Part shown: positions 19,214 through 31,269 of the stretch, piece after piece | Layout: every line of letters begins with the position of its first letter | Position numbering within the stretch: the first letter of the stretch is position 1 | Assembly (NCBI GenBank): GCA_963662465.1 | Contig: OY759599.1 | Coordinates: 2,912,001-2,976,000 of the forward strand | DNA: 64,000 bases | Origin: Desulfatiglandales bacterium | GTDB taxonomy: Bacteria > Desulfobacterota > DSM-4660 > Desulfatiglandales > Desulfatiglandaceae | Direction: 5' to 3' | Translations under genes and position numbers: made by a program | The notes under the pieces: model-generated | What the model saw: the letters and a program-made list of their open reading frames with translations, nothing else | Databases searched by the model: none | Told to the model about the DNA's origin: nothing

Positions 19214-21979
19214 ATGGCCATGTTTCAATCCTTAAGATCAAGAATCCTGATCCTCGTAGTCGGTATCGTATTTGTAACCACCGCCGTTTTAACCTATCTT
19301 GTTCAGAAAGAAACATCTGGAGCATTGCTGATCGCACAGGAAGAAAACGCCCAAAACCTGCTGCATACGGTTTTTTTGAATGTGTTCAATCAATACCAGA
19401 GCATCATTTTCCACAAAGAAGCGATGCTGAAAAGACGAAAAGGGGAACTGAAAAATATCATCGAGATTGCCATGAAAGACGTTCGGTATTTTTACGATGA
19501 GTGTAAAGCGGGTCGCCTCGGGGAAAATGAAGCCAAGAACCTGGCACGGGAAGTCATTCGAAATTTTCGGTATGATCGGGATACCGGATATCTGTGGATT
19601 ACCGATACAAAACGGCCCTTGCCCAGAGTGGTTATGCACGGCTTCAATCGTGAACTCGACGGGAACATACCGGATGGTCCCGCCTTTTATCACACCAAGG
19701 GACACAGACACCATGTGGCGGCAATGGTGGATGTGGCACTGGAAAAAGGAAAGGGGTTTGTTGAATATCAGTGGGAAAAGCCTCAGCCGGACGGGTCCAC
19801 GGAACTGCACCCCAAGATTTCCTATGTGGAATATTTTAAACCATGGGATTGGATGGTCGGCACGGGCGTCTATATCGACGATATCGAAACCGAGGCAAAA
19901 ACACGGATTGAAGCCGTCATCGAAGAATTAAAGATTGGGTTGTCAAAAGTTAAAATTGCCGAGACCGGTTATGTCTTTATTATCGGCGGCGATAAAAGGA
20001 TGGTGATCCACCCCGCCATCCCCCGGGGAACCGATGTGAGCAAGGTCATCGATCCCGCCACGGGCGCCTATCTTTTGGACGAGATGGTCCATGCCTCAAA
20101 AACGCCTGAAAAAAGTTTGACTTATCAATGGCCGGCTTTCGAAAAGCCGGGCAATCCACTGGCATGGAAGAAAGGATATGTCCTCTACTTCGAACCGCTT
20201 GACTGGTATATCTGTTCCTCTACTTATGATTCTGAGATCAAAGCACCGGCGAAGCGCCTCACCGCCAAAATATTTCTCTTTTCAGGCCTCATGCTCATTG
20301 TGGCCGTTATCCTGTCCGTCCTGTTTTCCCGAAGCGTCATTAAACCGCTCCGAAGACTTTCCCTATCCGTTGAGGATATCGAAAAAAAGGGCGTGGGCAA
20401 TGTAGAAATCCCCATTGGCGGAACCATCGAGACGAAGAATCTTGGTCTGATTTTGAGGCACACCCTTGACACATTGCAACAATCCCAGCGTATGTTGCGT
20501 GAAAATGAGGAGAAACATCTGAATCATCTTGAAGGGTTGGTGAAAAAGAGAACGGTCGAACTGGAACAGGCCAAGGAATCCGCCGATATCGCCAACCGAG
20601 CGAAAAGCGAATTCCTGGCCAATATGTCTCACGAAATCCGGACCCCCATGAATGCCATTCTCGGATTCTCTGAAATCATGAAGGGAAAAGTTGTGGAGCC
20701 CTCTTTGTCCCATTATCTGGACTCCATTATTTCCAGCGGCAAATCCATGTTAAGCCTTATTGACGGCATTCTTGATCTCTCCAAAGTTGAAGCGGGAAAG
20801 CTGGAACTGGCCTATCAACCTTTTTCACCACGGCGCCTGTTTGACGAAATGAAAACCATCTTCAGCCATAAAATTCACGGCAAGGGCTTGACCTTTGACA
20901 TCGAATACCTGACGGCCGTTCCGGAAGCCCTGATTCTGGATGAAAACCGATTGCGACAGGTCTTGATCAATCTGATCGGCAACGCCGTTAAATTTACGGA
21001 CAAGGGCTTTATCAAGATCGGGGTTGAATTCCAGGGGCAGGATGAGCAGCGGGGTATGGTTGACTTTATTTTTTCCGTGAAAGACACGGGCATCGGCATT
21101 CCCGAAGAATATTCCCGATCCATATTCGGGGCCTTTTCCCAGGTCACCGGAAAAAAATATGATCATACGGGCGGAACGGGCCTCGGACTGGCCATTACCA
21201 AACGGTTAATAGAAATGATGGACGGCCATATCAGTGTTCACAGCAGCGTGGGCAAAGGCTCAATGTTTAAGGTCACATTAAAAGACGTGGAATTGTCCAC
21301 CGCTTCGGCCATGCGTCGGGAAAATCGGGAGGAAATTGGGTTTGAACGAATAGAATTTGAAAAAAGCACCCTTCTGGTGGTTGACGATATTTCCTTTAAT
21401 CGAGAAATCATTGCCGAGTATTTACGCGAATTTAACTTCGATTTGCTGGAAGCGGAAAATGGGGAAGAGGCCGTTGAAATGGCGCGCCGGCATCATCCGC
21501 AACTCATTTTGATGGATATGAAGATGCCGGTCATGGACGGATATGAAGCCACCGCCATCATCAAATCCGAAGAAAATTTGACTATTCCCATTATTGCCGT
21601 AACCGCTTCAGCCATGAAGGAAGATGAAGAGACCCTAAAGGCCCTGTGCGATGAATATCTGAAAAAACCGATCAGCCGAAAAGCCCTGGTATTAAAGATT
21701 ATGAAATTTCTACCCCACAGGGCAACCCCGTCCGGGCCGGGCAGGAGCGAAGAGGAGGACAAAGCCCCATTGATCCCTCCCCCGCCGGGAGAGCTCAAGG
21801 TATTGTATGACCTGGCCATGCGGGGCATTATGAATGACATCACGGCATATGCAAAGAGGCTTGACGAATTGGACCCCAAATATTATTCATTTGCTGAAAA
21901 GCTGCGGAAGCTGGCGGGTGGCTATAAAGATGCGGAGATTCTTGAACTGATCGAAACCTATATGGGTAAAGAGGCATGA
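19214..21979 (+). CDS. Cache-domain hybrid sensor histidine kinase with receiver domain
   Basis: Two TM segments flanking Cache domains; [37 protein letters not shown] domain [13 protein letters not shown]. Confidence 0.92.
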   Translation: MAMFQSLRSRILILVVGIVFVTTAVLTYLVQKETSGALLIAQEENAQNLLHTVFLNVFNQYQSIIFHKEAMLKRRKGELKNIIEIAMKDVRYFYDECKAGRLGENEAKNLAREVIRNFRYDRDTGYLWITDTKRPLPRVVMHGFNRELDGNIPDGPAFYHTKGHRHHVAAMVDVALEKGKGFVEYQWEKPQPDGSTELHPKISYVEYFKPWDWMVGTGVYIDDIETEAKTRIEAVIEELKIGLSKVKIAETGYVFIIGGDKRMVIHPAIPRGTDVSKVIDPATGAYLLDEMVHASKTPEKSLTYQWPAFEKPGNPLAWKKGYVLYFEPLDWYICSSTYDSEIKAPAKRLTAKIFLFSGLMLIVAVILSVLFSRSVIKPLRRLSLSVEDIEKKGVGNVEIPIGGTIETKNLGLILRHTLDTLQQSQRMLRENEEKHLNHLEGLVKKRTVELEQAKESADIANRAKSEFLANMSHEIRTPMNAILGFSEIMKGKVVEPSLSHYLDSIISSGKSMLSLIDGILDLSKVEAGKLELAYQPFSPRRLFDEMKTIFSHKIHGKGLTFDIEYLTAVPEALILDENRLRQVLINLIGNAVKFTDKGFIKIGVEFQGQDEQRGMVDFIFSVKDTGIGIPEEYSRSIFGAFSQVTGKKYDHTGGTGLGLAITKRLIEMMDGHISVHSSVGKGSMFKVTLKDVELSTASAMRRENREEIGFERIEFEKSTLLVVDDISFNREIIAEYLREFNFDLLEAENGEEAVEMARRHHPQLILMDMKMPVMDGYEATAIIKSEENLTIPIIAVTASAMKEDEETLKALCDEYLKKPISRKALVLKIMKFLPHRATPSGPGRSEEEDKAPLIPPPPGELKVLYDLAMRGIMNDITAYAKRLDELDPKYYSFAEKLRKLAGGYKDAEILELIETYMGKEA

Positions 21980-24003
21980 CGGAAAACAAAAAGAGCGCCA
22001 CCGGTGTGGATGTATCAAAAAGCATTGTGCTGGTAGTGGACGACAATCCCGCCAATTTGGAGATTATCGCAAACTACCTGCAGGACCAGGGTCTTGAAGC
22101 CGCCATTGCCGGCAATGGGGAAATTGCCCTCAAACGGGTCAAGCATCTTCAGCCGGATCTTATCCTGCTGGATGTGCTGATGCCGGGTATCGACGGCTTT
22201 GAAACATGCCTCAAACTGAAAGCGGACGAAGACACCCAGGATATCCCGATCATTTTTATGACATCGTTGACGGACAACGAATACAGAACGCAGGGGTTTC
22301 TCGTGGGCGGCGTCGATTATATCGCCAAGCCCATTCATTATGAAGAAATGTACGCCAGGGTTAAAACCCATCTTGAAATCCGACAGTACCGGGAACGTCT
22401 GGAGGAAAAGGTGCTGAAAAGGACCGAGGAACTCCACCGACGCACCCGGGATCTGGAATCCGCCAATCAACAACTGAAACGGCACCATCATACCTTCATG
22501 ACGGTCCTGGACAGCATCGATGCCGCTGTTTATGTATCGGATATGGAAACCTATGAGATCCTCTTCATGAACCGGTGTCTCAAGGACCTCATAGGCGCTG
22601 ATCATACGGGGGAAACCTGCTGGAAAATTTTTCATGATGCCGAAGCACCCTGCGATTTTTGTATCAATCATCAACTGCACGATGCCCGAGGGACGGCCGC
22701 AGATGTTATCAGTCGGGAGCAAAAGGATTTAAAAACCAATCGATGGTTCATGAAATCCGACCGGGCCATTGAATGGATAGACGGTCGACAGGTCCATATA
22801 CACGTGGCCATGGATATTACAAAGGTCAAGGAACTGGAGAAAGAACGACTGCAAACGGAAATACTGCTGGCGCAATCGCAGAAAATGGAGGCCATCGGAA
22901 CACTGGCAGGCGGCATTGCCCATGATTTTAACAATATCCTCAGCCCCATCATCGGATATGTGGAGATGGTCATCCTCGACATGGGTGAGGACAACCCGTA
23001 CCGGGACAGGCTCCAAAAGGTTCTGACCGCCTCGAATCGCGCCAAGGATCTTGTCAAGCAGATCCTGAATTTCAGCCGTCAATCCGATCATGAGCCGATG
23101 CCGTTTCGGATTCAGCCAATTTTGAAGGAAGTCTTAAAGCTGATGAAGGCCACCCTGCCCGCAACCATTGAAATCAGGCAGAACATCGATGAATATTGCA
23201 GCGCGGTCGTCGCCGATCCCGCGAAAATACACCAGATTGCCATGAACCTGGTGACCAACGCCTATCATGCCATGGAGGATACCGGCGGCACATTGACGGT
23301 GGTCCTCGAAGAAAGAGATCTGAAAGCGACGGACGTGGCCGTTTTACCCATTGATGAAGGCGCCTATGTTTGCATAGCGGTTTCGGATACCGGTATGGGA
23401 ATAGAAAAAAATACCATGGACAGAATCTTCGACCCCTATTTCACGACCAAAGAGAAGGGGAAAGGAACCGGACTGGGCCTGGCGGTGGTCAACAACATTG
23501 TGAACCATTGCGGCGGCGCCGTTTCAGTGGACAGCACCCCGGGCAAAGGGTCCCGCTTCAGCGTGTTTTTGCCGGCCAAAGAACGGGCGGCTGAAAAGGA
23601 ATTACAGTGGGATAGCATGGAAATTAAGGGGGGCAGCGAATTCGTTCTGATTGTGGATGATGAGCCGGATGTCGTTGAATTGCAAAAAGAAATACTGAAA
23701 AACCTAGGCTATCGAGTGGAGGCCCGGACCGACAGCATGGCCACACTGGCATTATTTCGTGAAGATCCTGATCGGTACGATCTACTGATTACCGATATGA
23801 CCATGCCGGGGATAACCGGCGACAAACTGACCCGGGAGATTACCCGTATCCGGCCGGATATGCCCGTCATTATCTGTACCGGATTCAGCGAAAAGATTAA
23901 CCCTGAAAAAATAAAGGCCTTCGGCGCCCGGAAGCTGGTCATGAAACCGTTTGTCAAAAAAGAGTTTGCCGAGGCCATCCGAAGGGTGCTGGATGAGGAT
24001 TGA
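21976..24003 (+). CDS. Cytoplasmic hybrid kinase REC-PAS-HisKA-HATPase-REC
   Basis: N-terminal REC ([10 protein letters not shown]), [25 protein letters not shown]-terminal REC; ATGA overlap with the upstream kinase. Confidence 0.92.
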   Translation: MTENKKSATGVDVSKSIVLVVDDNPANLEIIANYLQDQGLEAAIAGNGEIALKRVKHLQPDLILLDVLMPGIDGFETCLKLKADEDTQDIPIIFMTSLTDNEYRTQGFLVGGVDYIAKPIHYEEMYARVKTHLEIRQYRERLEEKVLKRTEELHRRTRDLESANQQLKRHHHTFMTVLDSIDAAVYVSDMETYEILFMNRCLKDLIGADHTGETCWKIFHDAEAPCDFCINHQLHDARGTAADVISREQKDLKTNRWFMKSDRAIEWIDGRQVHIHVAMDITKVKELEKERLQTEILLAQSQKMEAIGTLAGGIAHDFNNILSPIIGYVEMVILDMGEDNPYRDRLQKVLTASNRAKDLVKQILNFSRQSDHEPMPFRIQPILKEVLKLMKATLPATIEIRQNIDEYCSAVVADPAKIHQIAMNLVTNAYHAMEDTGGTLTVVLEERDLKATDVAVLPIDEGAYVCIAVSDTGMGIEKNTMDRIFDPYFTTKEKGKGTGLGLAVVNNIVNHCGGAVSVDSTPGKGSRFSVFLPAKERAAEKELQWDSMEIKGGSEFVLIVDDEPDVVELQKEILKNLGYRVEARTDSMATLALFREDPDRYDLLITDMTMPGITGDKLTREITRIRPDMPVIICTGFSEKINPEKIKAFGARKLVMKPFVKKEFAEAIRRVLDED

Positions 24004-24356
24004 AACCGATCCGTATTTATTTCATTGCATAATCTGCAAAATGGATTATAATTACAAACAATCAATTGAGTAAAAGTAAATTTCCCTTCAGGTTGTCCTC
24101 GTTAACCTCGTTGTTTTTCAAGCATCGTTTGTTACCGACGAAGTTCCTGCTGATCACTTAAACCGGAAAAACAATATGAATCTTTATGTCGAAAAGCGCT
24201 GTTACACCATCTTGGATTTCGGCAGAAGCAACCCGTGCAACGATAACCCGTTTTTGTCTGGATACCCCCAGGCTTCTAGTCGAGACATCAAATGATGCCT
24301 CGGCTCAATAACAAAGGGGTTCCCATGAGGAACCCATCACAAAGGAGTAGGATAAG

Positions 24357-24557
24357 ATGGCTGAAGGTACAGTGAAGTGGTTTAACGATTCAAAAGGTTT
24401 TGGTTTTATTGAACAGGATGGCGGAAAGGATGTATTTGTACACCATTCTGCAATTCAGGCCCAGGGCTTCAAATCCCTACAGGAAGGCGCAAGGGTGACT
24501 TTTGACATTGTGGACGGCCCCAAAGGGCCCGCGGCTGGAAATGTTGTTCAGCAGTAA
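24357..24557 (+). CDS. cspA: Cold-shock protein
   Basis: [15 protein letters not shown] (RNP1), DVFVHHSAI (RNP2); AAGGAG RBS. Confidence 0.96.
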   Translation: MAEGTVKWFNDSKGFGFIEQDGGKDVFVHHSAIQAQGFKSLQEGARVTFDIVDGPKGPAAGNVVQQ

Positions 24558-24575
24558 GAACTGATATCGAACATT

Positions 24576-24608
24576 AAAAAGACCCCGCACCCTGCGGGGT
24601 CTTTTTTT
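24576..24608 (+). terminator. Rho-independent terminator after cspA
   Basis: AAAAAGACCCCGCA-CCC-TGCGGGGTCTTTTTTT. Confidence 0.9.
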
Positions 24609-24657
24609 ACCGCAGTGTCTTTTATGCTGAACACAAAGCATAAAGAAGGAGAACGTC

Positions 24658-24801
24658 TTGGCTAAACCGAACTATTCATTTGAAAAGCGCAAGAAAGAAA
24701 TGGCAAAGAAAAAAAAGAAAGAGGAAAAAAAGCAACGCAAGCTGGATAAACAGAATAGCACTGAAGGGGAAAAGGAAAACCAGCCTCTTCAGGAAGATTA
24801 A
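24658..24801 (+). CDS. 47-aa lysine/glutamate-rich small protein (below the ORF-track cutoff)
   Basis: AAGGAG RBS, TTG start, MAKPNYSFEKRKKEMAKKKKKEEKKQRKLDKQNSTEGEKENQPLQED*. Confidence 0.7.
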   Translation: MAKPNYSFEKRKKEMAKKKKKEEKKQRKLDKQNSTEGEKENQPLQED

Positions 24802-24886
24802 CCGCTTTAACCCCTTCTTTTTACAACCGACAATACACTATGCCATTGGGAGTCTCCTTAGTGGCTTTTATTTTGAGGATACAACC

Positions 24887-26512
24887 ATGATAACCGCATC
24901 CAATGTTGCACTCTCCTATGGCAAGAGGATCATCTTCAAGAACGTCAACATCAAGTTCACACCGGGTAACTGCTACGGCTTGATCGGGGCGAACGGCGCG
25001 GGCAAATCCACCTTTCTGAAGATCCTGGCAGGCCGGCTTGAGCCTGATCGGGGCGAGATAACCAAGGGGCCGGGACAACGCATCGCCATGCTTAGCCAGG
25101 ACCAGTTCGCCTTTGACGCGTACACCGTTTTCAATACCGTCGTCATCGGCCATAAAAAACTTTACAAGGTGATGGCCGAACGTGAGACCCTCTATGCCAA
25201 ATCTGATTTTACCGAGGAAGACGGCATCCGTTCCGGAGAGCTGGAAGCCAAATTTGGTGAAATGAACGGTTATGAGGCAGAAGCGGAGGCCGCCGTGCTG
25301 TTAAACGGCCTCGGCATCCCGGAAGGGATGCGTCAGAAAAAAATGAAGGATCTTGACGGCAGCGACAAGGTGCGGGTACTGCTGGCCCAGGCCCTGTTCG
25401 GTAACCCGGACATTCTGCTGTTGGACGAACCCACCAACCAGCTGGACCTGAAAACCATCGCCTGGTTGGAGAATTTTCTCTCCCGCTTCCAGAACACGGT
25501 GATCATCGTCTCCCATGACCGCCATTTCCTGAACCAGGTCTGCACTCACATGGCGGATATCGATTTCGGCAAAATCCAAATCTATGTGGGCAACTACGAC
25601 TTCTGGTATGAAGCCGGCCAGCTCCATTTCCGCCAGAAGGAGAGTGAAATCAAAAAGGTCAAAGCCAAAGCGGACCAGCTCAAGGAATTCATCCAACGCT
25701 TCAGTTCCAACGCCTCCAAAGCCAAACAGGCCACCTCACGGAAGAAGCTGCTTGAAAAGCTCACCATCGAGAACATGCCCATATCCTCTCGAAAATACCC
25801 CTACATCGTCTTCAATCCGGAACGGCCCTGTGGCGACGTCATTCTGGAGATCAACGGTCTTTCCAAAAAGATCGATGGGGTCTCCATGTTCGAGGATCTC
25901 AGCCTCATGGTCAACAAAGGCGACAAGATCGCCTTTGTCGGAACCAACAGCCTCGCAAAAACAACCCTGTTTCAAATTCTGGCCGGGGAACTGATGCCGG
26001 ACAAGGGGAGCTTCCGCTGGGGGGTCACCATCAAAAACGCCTACTTCCCGAAAGAGAACACTGCGTATTTCAATAATGAGTCTTTGGATCTTATCAGCTG
26101 GTTGCACCAGTTTGCACCTCCCAAGGAAGACGAGCGATTTGTTCGGGGATTCCTGGGCAAGATGCTTTTTTCCGGAGAAGAGGCCATGAAAAAGACATCC
26201 GTCCTCTCCGGTGGCGAACGGGTGCGCTGCATGCTCTCCAAAATGATGCTCGCCAACGCCAACGCCCTGATTCTCGATGAACCCACCAACCATCTCGACC
26301 TTGAGTCCATCACATCGTTGAACAACGCGCTGATGGCTTTTTCCGAAGTGCTGCTCTTCGCCTCCCATGACCATCAGGTGGTCTCCACTGTGGCGAACAG
26401 GGTTGTGGAAATCACGCCGGACGGCATCATCGACGTGATGATGGACTTTGACCAGTACCTGGCAATGAAGGAAGCAAGCCTGTCCGGCGAGAACCATTTC
26501 ATGCGCGCGTAA
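24887..26512 (+). CDS. ABC-F family ATPase (YbiT-like)
   Basis: Two ABC domains (GANGAGKST; LLLDEPTN; LSGGERVR; ILDEPTNHLD), no TM segments; GAGG RBS before ATG 24887. Confidence 0.92.
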   Translation: MITASNVALSYGKRIIFKNVNIKFTPGNCYGLIGANGAGKSTFLKILAGRLEPDRGEITKGPGQRIAMLSQDQFAFDAYTVFNTVVIGHKKLYKVMAERETLYAKSDFTEEDGIRSGELEAKFGEMNGYEAEAEAAVLLNGLGIPEGMRQKKMKDLDGSDKVRVLLAQALFGNPDILLLDEPTNQLDLKTIAWLENFLSRFQNTVIIVSHDRHFLNQVCTHMADIDFGKIQIYVGNYDFWYEAGQLHFRQKESEIKKVKAKADQLKEFIQRFSSNASKAKQATSRKKLLEKLTIENMPISSRKYPYIVFNPERPCGDVILEINGLSKKIDGVSMFEDLSLMVNKGDKIAFVGTNSLAKTTLFQILAGELMPDKGSFRWGVTIKNAYFPKENTAYFNNESLDLISWLHQFAPPKEDERFVRGFLGKMLFSGEEAMKKTSVLSGGERVRCMLSKMMLANANALILDEPTNHLDLESITSLNNALMAFSEVLLFASHDHQVVSTVANRVVEITPDGIIDVMMDFDQYLAMKEASLSGENHFMRA

Positions 26513-26523
26513 GAGGAGAAACC

Positions 26524-27732
26524 GTGTCCATAAATCCCCATAACCTTTCAATAGACCTTCGCGGTGCAGGGAGTTTAACCATTGACGCCATTACCGGCGT
26601 TACGGATATGGTAGAATCACTGCACCATGCAATCACCCGTTTTTCATGGATACGCGGCGCACAGGATCGACATCGAACCAAAGGCATCACGGGACTGGTT
26701 TACCGGAACATCCGTACGGTTACCGGATGGGTGGGTATCAGCATCGATGTTCTGCTTGACCGCATTGGCGCGATGCTCCGAGAGAATGATGCCCCCCCCT
26801 CCCCCGGTCGTGAAGCCATTCTTTCCGCATTGAACGGCGTCCTGGGTGATCATCTTGTAGCCAGAAATAATCCCCTTGCCATTCCCATGCAGTTTCGCAA
26901 TGATGGAAAACCATTGAACGAACAAGCGCTTTTGGAGACCCTTTTGCAATCCAACGGCAGGCTCGCCATAATGATGCACGGATCATGCATGAATGATTTG
27001 CAGTGGAACCGGCAAGGACACGATCATGGCGCCTCCCTGGCCCGCGATCTGGGATTGATGCCGCTTTATGTTCATTACAATACCGGACTTCATATTTCCC
27101 TAAACGGCAGAAAATTTTCAGAGCTCCTTGAAACACTCATTGATCAATCGCCCGTACCCATAACGCTTTTCATCATCGCCCACAGCATGGGCGGGCTTGT
27201 TTCACGAAGTGCCTGCCATTACGGAAAAATATCCGGCCATACCTGGGTGAACCATCTTCGAAAACTCGTATTCCTGGGCACCCCCCATCACGGAGCGCCA
27301 TTGGAGAAAGGCGGCAACTGGATCGATAAGATCCTGGAAAAAAGTCCCTATAGCGCCCCTTTTTCGGCCCTGGGGAAAATCCGGAGCCGCGGCATCACGG
27401 ATCTGCGTTACGGCAATGTGGTGGACGATGATTGGAAAGGACGGGACCGATTCGATGTTAGAGGGGACCGGCGAATCCCCGTACCCCTACCCAAAAGCGT
27501 GCAATGTTATACCATCGCCGCAACCCTCCGAAAAAAATCAAACAAACTCGGTGATTACCTTATGGGAGACGGTCTCGTGCCGTTAAACAGCGCTTTGGGG
27601 CGTCATCAGAAGACTAAATTTAATCTTTTGTTCCCAGAAACCCATCAGTGGGTCGGTCGCAACATGAGTCATTTGGATCTTCTCAATCATCCGAAAGTAT
27701 ATGAAATCATGAAAGGATGGCTGAGTACCTAA
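26524..27732 (+). CDS. Alpha/beta hydrolase (PGAP1/lipase-like)
   Basis: AHSMGG nucleophile elbow, LGTPHHGAPLE, GDGLVP, terminal His. Confidence 0.85.
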   Translation: MSINPHNLSIDLRGAGSLTIDAITGVTDMVESLHHAITRFSWIRGAQDRHRTKGITGLVYRNIRTVTGWVGISIDVLLDRIGAMLRENDAPPSPGREAILSALNGVLGDHLVARNNPLAIPMQFRNDGKPLNEQALLETLLQSNGRLAIMMHGSCMNDLQWNRQGHDHGASLARDLGLMPLYVHYNTGLHISLNGRKFSELLETLIDQSPVPITLFIIAHSMGGLVSRSACHYGKISGHTWVNHLRKLVFLGTPHHGAPLEKGGNWIDKILEKSPYSAPFSALGKIRSRGITDLRYGNVVDDDWKGRDRFDVRGDRRIPVPLPKSVQCYTIAATLRKKSNKLGDYLMGDGLVPLNSALGRHQKTKFNLLFPETHQWVGRNMSHLDLLNHPKVYEIMKGWLST

Positions 27733-27762
27733 ACATCGGGCAGGGGGATCTCAAAACCGTTG

Positions 27763-29031
27763 ATGAAACATGCACATCAGCTTTTTTTTGGTTTGGCCTT
27801 TTTAATCCTCATTTACCTCTTTCCCACGGTCTGCCCGGCATCCTCACCACCCTCGCTGACGCCCGCGCAACAATATTCGGGAGAACTTCTGGCATATCTG
27901 CTGAAGGTGGTCCTAGGCCGGGAGGGTCAACCCGAGTCGAGAAAGAACTGGCGGGAAAGAGGGCTCAATGAAGCGCTCGACTTCGACCATATAGTCAAGG
28001 TCATGACGGATACGGGACAAAACCAGCTTGATTTCATGGTGCTGGACCCCAACATCCTGGACCTGAGCCAGGTCCTTTATTATTACGATGAAAAGCTGAG
28101 CCTCTATAAGGGGGACTACGGCATTACCAGCCTCTTTCCAGCGCCTGAAATCCCGGCCATTCGACTGTTTCTCCTGAAAAAGATTCACACGAAGGAAAAA
28201 ATTGATCTGGATGCATTCATTCGCCGGGAAAAAGAGCTGCTCGACGGGAATTACCAGGTGTCGCCGGATGACCTGGCCGCCACCCGTCTTTCATCCCGGG
28301 AGATGAAATTTTTGCGGGATATTTTTCAAAATGAACCGGGTTTTTATCGCTATTTAAACTACCCGTTCCTGTTAAAAGGCATTGCGGAAACCGGCATCCT
28401 GGCTCCCGGAAGCCTTGTTAAAGAAATCATTGAACGGGCCGATTACACCCCCTACAGAATCGATTTCAAGGAAAATATTAAAAATGAAAAAGCGGTTAAG
28501 ATTGCAGTTTTACCCGCCATGACCCAGGAGTTTCACTATGGGTGGCCTAACGGATCATTATCCGAATATGGTTTCAAACCCACCGATTTCCTGAAAGACA
28601 TATTCAATCAATTGAAAACGGAAATCCTTTCCCAAACCCAAAAAAGAATTAGAGAGATAATCGCGAAATCGCCATACCCGAAACTGACGGAATCGGCGTG
28701 GCGAAAGCTATGGGAGTACATTTTGGAAAAAGATATCGCTTTTGAGATGGAAGACAAAAGACCCCTTGTCATCTATCCGAAAAATGCATCACAGGTCATC
28801 CGCGAGATCTGTCCAAAAGCGGATTTCACGGTCATCCTTCTGGGCAAAAACATTTACCGCGCCATATACTTTGCGGCTGAAGATATCTGCCCTTCGGTAA
28901 ACCGGCTTTACATAGACATCTTTGATATCCAATACCATCAAGCGGAAGAGGAAATCGATCAAATCAGCCAGTTTATCTGTTCACGTCTCAGGCGCCGCTT
29001 AACGGCCCTGATGGACCGCTTGAACCCATAA
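27763..29031 (+). CDS. Hypothetical exported protein
   Basis: Long ORF with an N-terminal hydrophobic signal-like segment; no family recognised. Confidence 0.7.
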   Translation: MKHAHQLFFGLAFLILIYLFPTVCPASSPPSLTPAQQYSGELLAYLLKVVLGREGQPESRKNWRERGLNEALDFDHIVKVMTDTGQNQLDFMVLDPNILDLSQVLYYYDEKLSLYKGDYGITSLFPAPEIPAIRLFLLKKIHTKEKIDLDAFIRREKELLDGNYQVSPDDLAATRLSSREMKFLRDIFQNEPGFYRYLNYPFLLKGIAETGILAPGSLVKEIIERADYTPYRIDFKENIKNEKAVKIAVLPAMTQEFHYGWPNGSLSEYGFKPTDFLKDIFNQLKTEILSQTQKRIREIIAKSPYPKLTESAWRKLWEYILEKDIAFEMEDKRPLVIYPKNASQVIREICPKADFTVILLGKNIYRAIYFAAEDICPSVNRLYIDIFDIQYHQAEEEIDQISQFICSRLRRRLTALMDRLNP

Positions 29032-29204
29032 AAAAAGGGCTCGTCGGACGAATACCCCCCCCACGATTCAGGGTTATCTTTGGAAAGTGGCGTTTAATTC
29101 CAGCAAGGGCCCTGCCCCAGACCCATTGCACGTTATTTTGTTGTCCGCGGGTTTGCTTCTGTGGTAGTAAGCGGGAAAATGCTTCCTCATGCGGGTAATT
29201 GATT

Positions 29205-29696
29205 ATGCCTCGAGAAAACCAAATCGCATCGTCCGAAAATTGTTCCTGTATTCACACCATGCGGACCAAGGAAATTATATATGCCATCCGCAGGCTGATG
29301 CAGGCCGGAGAACATTACACAAAAGAACTGAATAAAATTTACAACGTCAGCGCGGCCCAGATCAACTGCCTTATCGCCCTTCACGAAAATGGTCCGCTTT
29401 CTCCCTCACAGATCGCCAAACACGTGATGGTCAATTCCAGCACGCTTACCGGAATCATCGACCGACTGGAGAAGAAAAATCTTGTGAAGCGATTGAGAAT
29501 ATCGCCGGATCGCCGTGTAATTACCGTTGAGTTGACCAATAACGGCAAAATTCTCGCGGAAAACGCCCCCTCACCCATACAGCAAAAAATTATTGACGGG
29601 CTGCACGACCTATCTACCGACGAAATCGAAGACATCGCGTTTACCCTGAAACGCCTTACCGATATGTTGGATGTACAGGATCTCAAGGTCACATAA
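29205..29696 (+). CDS. MarR family transcriptional regulator (EctR-like)
   Basis: SSTLTGIIDRLEKKNLVKR...DRRVITVELTNNG wHTH; start codon uncertain (29205 or 29259). Confidence 0.9.
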   Translation: MPRENQIASSENCSCIHTMRTKEIIYAIRRLMQAGEHYTKELNKIYNVSAAQINCLIALHENGPLSPSQIAKHVMVNSSTLTGIIDRLEKKNLVKRLRISPDRRVITVELTNNGKILAENAPSPIQQKIIDGLHDLSTDEIEDIAFTLKRLTDMLDVQDLKVT

Positions 29697-29830
29697 TTCA
29701 CGCCCCCCCCGCCAAATTCGTCTGGCCCTTCTTTTGATCAGGACAGAATCACTCAACCGTTCAGTTCCCCTTTCAGTTTCCATGGATGCTCTCTGAGAAA
29801 TAACGACGCGTCAAAAATCCAGGAAATACC

Positions 29831-29859
29831 TTGACGTTATATTTCTCCCATGCTAGTAG
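29831..29859 (+). promoter_or_regulatory. Possible promoter of the methyltransferase operon
   Basis: TTGACG-17 bp-TAGTAG with TG extension, followed by imperfect repeats TAGTTCCTGTTCAAATA / TAGTTTCTATTGCAAATA. Confidence 0.35.
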
Positions 29860-30003
29860 TTCCTGTTCAAATAGTTTCTATTGCAAATATTTCATAATAG
29901 ATGTTATCGTGTCATATATTTTATATTATGAATAAAAAATAGTTGTCTCACGACGGCTTTCTCGGCGCAATGTCGGGGTTTTACGAAAAACAAGGAGAAA
30001 ATT

Positions 30004-31218
30004 GTGAATACCGTACAGGTGGAAAAATCAAAATCCGTTTTGGGCGAGCAAACTGTGGATATGCTGCTCCGGTCCCATCAAGACGCATTGTGGATACTGG
30101 AAAACCTGGGCGTGGGGTGCAAACAGCCGGACATTCAGCAGGTCTTTAAACAACTTGAAGCAGCAGGGCTCGCAGCCGTATATGACGATCGAATTTATCT
30201 CATGGGGGACCTTGTGGAGAGATGCCTCAAAACAACCCCGGGGGTTGATGATTTTTTTGTTCCTCAAAGGAGTTTCTTCATTGGTGGGACGGCGCCCTAT
30301 GTTTACGACGACAAAAAGGGCGAAGGCGGCATTTTCCCCACAACCGAACATGCGACGCGAATTGCCAGAATTGCCGAGAAGAGCGATCCGGTGGGCGGCA
30401 TGGGACGCGGCATCAAGCTGAAAGATGAAGTGGAACAGATGACCCTCATGGCGGAAAACTGCTCAAAGCCGCTCTATTTTGCCGTGACCTCCGATAAATC
30501 GTTAGCGCGAGCGCTTGAGATCTATCAACAAAGAAAAAACATCATGATCGTATTCTGCCTGACGCGCCCGCCTCTGGAAGTGAACGAAAATTTCTCTGAG
30601 CATTTCGTCAAAGTGGTCAAAGCCGGACTTCCCACCTTCATCTCCGCCATGCCCATGGCCGGCATCAGCGCACCTTACTGCTACAACGGCGTACTTTCCA
30701 TGACCCATGCAGAAGTATTGTTCGGCATCTGTGCAGCCCAACTGCTCAACCCTGGCGTCATCTGCATCCATGCGGGATATCCGACCATCGCGGACCCCAG
30801 CATTGAATACAACCCCAATTACGGACTGGTAAGCCATAATTATCTAAACCTGCTCATGACGCACCTCAATCTCATGCTGGATCTGCCGAGCTTTCAAAGC
30901 GCCGGGACCACCCATGAAGAACACCTCAATGATCAGGCCTATGAAGACGCCAGAATGGGGCAGGCGCTTTGCATAAAATACGGCTTTCACATGATTCGCC
31001 ATCCCTTCGCCTTCCTGCGCTACCTGATCGATTTTTCCTTTGAAAAACTTGAAAAAGCCATTGAAATCGCAAGAACCGTTACAGCGGAAGACGCGCCGGA
31101 AGTGGAAAAGGTGCGCTATGATGAACGGGGAATGGAATCGTTGCGTCATAATGGCCTGGGCATGTACATGGACGACGCCCTGACCACGGCGAACCTGGGC
31201 AAAATTTTCGCCCATTAG
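30004..31218 (+). CDS. MttB (trimethylamine methyltransferase) superfamily protein, non-pyrrolysine, short form
   Basis: HQDALWILENLGV N-terminal helix, AMPMAGISAP, HAEVLFGI..AQLLNPG motifs; AAGGAG RBS. Confidence 0.8.
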   Translation: MNTVQVEKSKSVLGEQTVDMLLRSHQDALWILENLGVGCKQPDIQQVFKQLEAAGLAAVYDDRIYLMGDLVERCLKTTPGVDDFFVPQRSFFIGGTAPYVYDDKKGEGGIFPTTEHATRIARIAEKSDPVGGMGRGIKLKDEVEQMTLMAENCSKPLYFAVTSDKSLARALEIYQQRKNIMIVFCLTRPPLEVNENFSEHFVKVVKAGLPTFISAMPMAGISAPYCYNGVLSMTHAEVLFGICAAQLLNPGVICIHAGYPTIADPSIEYNPNYGLVSHNYLNLLMTHLNLMLDLPSFQSAGTTHEEHLNDQAYEDARMGQALCIKYGFHMIRHPFAFLRYLIDFSFEKLEKAIEIARTVTAEDAPEVEKVRYDERGMESLRHNGLGMYMDDALTTANLGKIFAH

Positions 31219-31269
31219 ACTCTATTGAAGCAAAAAAACTGAAATGAACACGCGAGAGGAGTTATTGTC

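Noticed and set aside
24680..24886. N-terminal extension of the ABC-F ORF
   Set aside because: Off-frame reading of the small basic ORF; the ABC domain and RBS begin at ATG 24887.
31216..31218. Amber stop of the first MttB gene as a pyrrolysine codon
   Set aside because: It falls at the same C-terminal position where the paralog ends with TAA (GKIFAH* versus GKAFLH*), so it is a true stop.
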